This document shows positions 61,471 to 64,000 of a stretch of DNA of 64,000 nucleotides, in pieces. The notes beneath the pieces were generated by a model, which was not told the DNA's origin, made no database searches, and saw only the letters and a list, made by a program, of their open reading frames with translations. Numbering within the stretch: position 1 is the first letter of the stretch; the number at the start of each line of letters is the position of its first letter. This stretch comes from Macrostomum hystrix (lineage: Eukaryota; Animalia; Platyhelminthes). Location of the stretch: contig CATNEN010000001.1 in assembly GCA_950097015.1 (NCBI GenBank), positions 19,282,001-19,346,000 of the forward strand, read 5' to 3'. A program made the position numbers and the translations under genes.

Positions 61471-62850
61471 TCGAGGCTGATCTTGACAGTTTATTTGGCG
61501 ACAGCCTCAAAGCGTGTCTTAAATATTTTACACCTCGCCAAATAAAAACTGACTTGCGTTTTGTTCGCTCTAATTTTTGTTGTGTTTATTGCCGTGTTGT
61601 GCATGATATTGCCTCTGCTGTACCTTACTCAACGCTGTTTTTTATGCCTCCCACTCTTGCTCCTGTTCATTGCCCTGATTTTAATATTCATTATTCGTTT
61701 GCTTTTCCTCATCAATGCACGCGCGACCACTTGCTGGCTGTCGAGCTTGAGTACCAGCGAGGCATGATGCCACAAGATCTGTACGACGCGTGGTTCGAAT
61801 TAAATTCTGCAAATTATGCCACTGACTTTGGCTCCAGGTCTATGTTGTACTGGGATGTGCGTCAAGATTTTCTGATTGGTGACTATCAATGCAGCTCCGT
61901 CAATGATTATTTGCCAACTAATGTCATTATAGACAACCTGTTGAATGAGGGGCTGCCTCTCAAGCACTGTTGCCGTGGTTCTTACTTAGAGTGGCGCCCT
62001 GGTTTGCCTGGTCACTTGCTGGAGCGTTGCTTCGACTTTGTTGACGATTCTAACAGGACTATGACTTCTATGCGCGCTAGCCACTTGATAGATTGTGCTC
62101 GCAACTTGGGCAAGGCCGAGATGTGGGAATCTGCCCTTGCCTCTGTCCTCAGCGTCTTACCTGTTGGATCACTAGATCACACCGTCGCCACGTGCCTACT
62201 CTTCGCTGTCAGTGATTTTGAGAATTGGCGGCGCTACAGCGAGTTAATGAGACCAGATGCAGCATGTTGCCTGACTGTCGACGGATTTGCCAAATATACA
62301 AAGGCTTTGTCTGTTGCGAAGCGCCGCACCCAAAGATGGGTAGACGGCTCGCCGATGAGCGTATCTAGCGTTGCTATTTGCGCCTATCTAGAAATGGCCA
62401 CTGGCAGGAACAGAACATTGACTAATTGGGATGATGAGATAAAAAAGCGCTGTCATGAAGTGCGAGTCATCTTGGACCTCTTGGAGGATGACGACTATCA
62501 TAGACGCATGGAAGACGCGCTACTGGTACGCACCCGTGAATTAGTGCCTGGCTGCGTTCATGAAATCAGCTACAAGGAGTACGTTGCCACTAGATATCTC
62601 CACATAGCATATGGTTCGAGTTGTGGCGCAAAAGCTCACACTGCTGATGGCAACCGCACTTTCCATTTAAACAAGCGCGGGCTATTCGAGTGTCTTCCTG
62701 CCAGTGATATATTAACCTGGCTGGACCTAGAGCCTTCTCTATTATCTATCGGTAGCGAGAAGGGTGAGCCAGGCAAGTCACATGAGATCCTCGCTTCTAA
62801 TATAGTGGCCTACGTCATTGTGGATTGTTTAGTGCTGATGGTGCTGCAAC
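61413..62850 (+). CDS. Totivirus-like (Ghabrivirales) RdRp, N-terminal ~480 aa, truncated before motifs A-C
   Basis: YLEMATGR...NWDDEIKKR, YGSS, LNKRGLFE and SEKGEPGKSHEILA (motif F-like K.E.GK.R.I). No ATG is needed because it is entered by frameshift. No GDD catalytic region. Confidence 0.82.
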
Positions 62851-63155
62851 AGCCGACTATGTGAGGACGACCTGGCCTACTATACCTCAGCACATCATTC
62901 AACTAATCAGGAATAGGCGTAGGCTTAGAAAGATGTATCACCAAACTAGGATAGACGAATTCAGTCTCAGCCAACGGACTTGCTACACAGATTAGGAAAG
63001 AAATCCAACAGTTTAGAGTTAACAAATTCAATAGCCTTTGCACCAAAATCACTCTAGCTAGCCTTAAATTCGACAACAATAAATTCTGGAAAGACATCCG
63101 GATAATGATGGGCACCCAGAGGCAATTAACCAAATTTCCAAATCTAGTCTATCTA
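62851..63155 (+). mobile_element. LINE ORF2 inter-domain (APE-RT tether) fragment, Jockey/I-group-like
   Basis: IPQHIIQLIRNRRRLRKMYHQTR [frameshift] ANGLATQIRKEIQQFR...NKFWKDIR...FPNL is typical of the region between the endonuclease and RT. Confidence 0.75.
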
Positions 63156-63223
63156 GATTAGCTAGTAGCTAATCTACTAGCTAAACCACGAAGTGATAAA
63201 ATGAGGCCAGAACCCAGTACCTC

Positions 63224-63224
<1 letters not shown>

Positions 63225-63262
<38 letters not shown>
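63225..63262. repeat. (ATT)n microsatellite, possibly the (TAA)n tail of a minus-strand retroelement
   Basis: About 12 perfect ATT units. Confidence 0.85.
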
Positions 63263-63263
<1 letters not shown>

Positions 63264-63617
63264 ATTGAGGTGCGCACGCCGATTGGGTTCTGAATTTTTT
63301 GTTTATTTGATGTTTGAGGCTGCCTGAACTGAGGATCAGTATTGAAGGCTTCTTTTTTGAATATGTTGCATGCTGAACTTGTATCCCAGCCCCAATGCTA
63401 ATGGACTTTTATTTGTCAGCCATCACACACTTAAGTTACGCTCTGCTCCTTTTGTCTATGTTCCGCAGCCCACAGAGATGCATCTCTGTGGATCCCCTCA
63501 GCATGTTTACATATAAAGAAAGTCTTGTTACAAATACACGCACAAAAAGGGACTTCATGTCACACTCCCATTAAGCATTACTTCGTCTCCATTGAGGTGC
63601 AAGCTACAGAAACATCA

Positions 63618-64000
63618 ATGGCGTCGCGTAGCCTTGGCGAACTGCCTCTGGAACATGCGGCTCGCGCGCAGACTTGGCTCATCGCTTTCGAGGCGATAGC
63701 TCGCGCCAAAGGATGGGAAGACAAAAGCGACAGGAAATGCATTGCTGACAACTTCCTAGCCTGTTGCGGCCTCAGCGCTGTGGAAAAGTTACAGAATCTA
63801 ATCTCGCCGCGAGCCATTACTGATCTGGCATTCACAGAAATTCAAGATGAATTGCTGAATTATTTGCGACCCAAAGAAAAACTTACTATTGCCGAACGTG
63901 TTCGCTTCTTCTCGGTTCGACAAGCACCAAAAGATTCCATAACCGACTTCGTGAGTCGCCTACGTCAGGCTGCGAAGGACTGTAAGTTTGACGACTTAAA
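63618..64000 (+). mobile_element. Ty3/Gypsy-type LTR retrotransposon gag, 5' part (runs off the window)
   Basis: MASRSLGEL...FLACCG...LISP...YLRPKEKLTIAERVRFFSVRQAPKDSITDFVSRLRQAAKDCKF is a retrotransposon gag signature. No LTR identified. Confidence 0.85.

Overview
Eukaryotic (metazoan) genomic DNA with GC-rich exons and minisatellite-filled introns. The style resembles a free-living flatworm such as Macrostomum, which is an inference only. Layout: (1) 1-9135, a homogeneous 46-bp satellite. (2) A spliced focadhesin-like gene (10590-19730) and a 3-exon CPLANE2/RSG1 small GTPase gene (20835-23575). (3) 25-45 kb, a minus-strand tandem array of putative secreted PAN-like/LamG-like proteins built as variable N-terminus + near-invariant core + variable C-terminal cassette. 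It includes a chimeric gene best explained by unequal crossover (4155-bp duplication), an orphan C-terminal cassette and an inverted fragment. (4) A complete 8.8-kb CMC/EnSpm DNA transposon with TIRs, a 4-bp TSD and its empty site visible in the duplicate. (5) A multi-exon CCDC175-like coiled-coil gene (48834-58742). (6) 59.2-63.2 kb, a degenerate LINE with an AlkB-like motif at its 5' end, whose ORF2 is interrupted by a ~2.6-kb endogenised totivirus-like dsRNA virus segment (capsid remnant, intact -1 slippery site plus stem-loop, N-terminal RdRp). (7) The start of a Ty3/Gypsy gag. Protein family calls rest on motifs recalled from memory, not on database searches.
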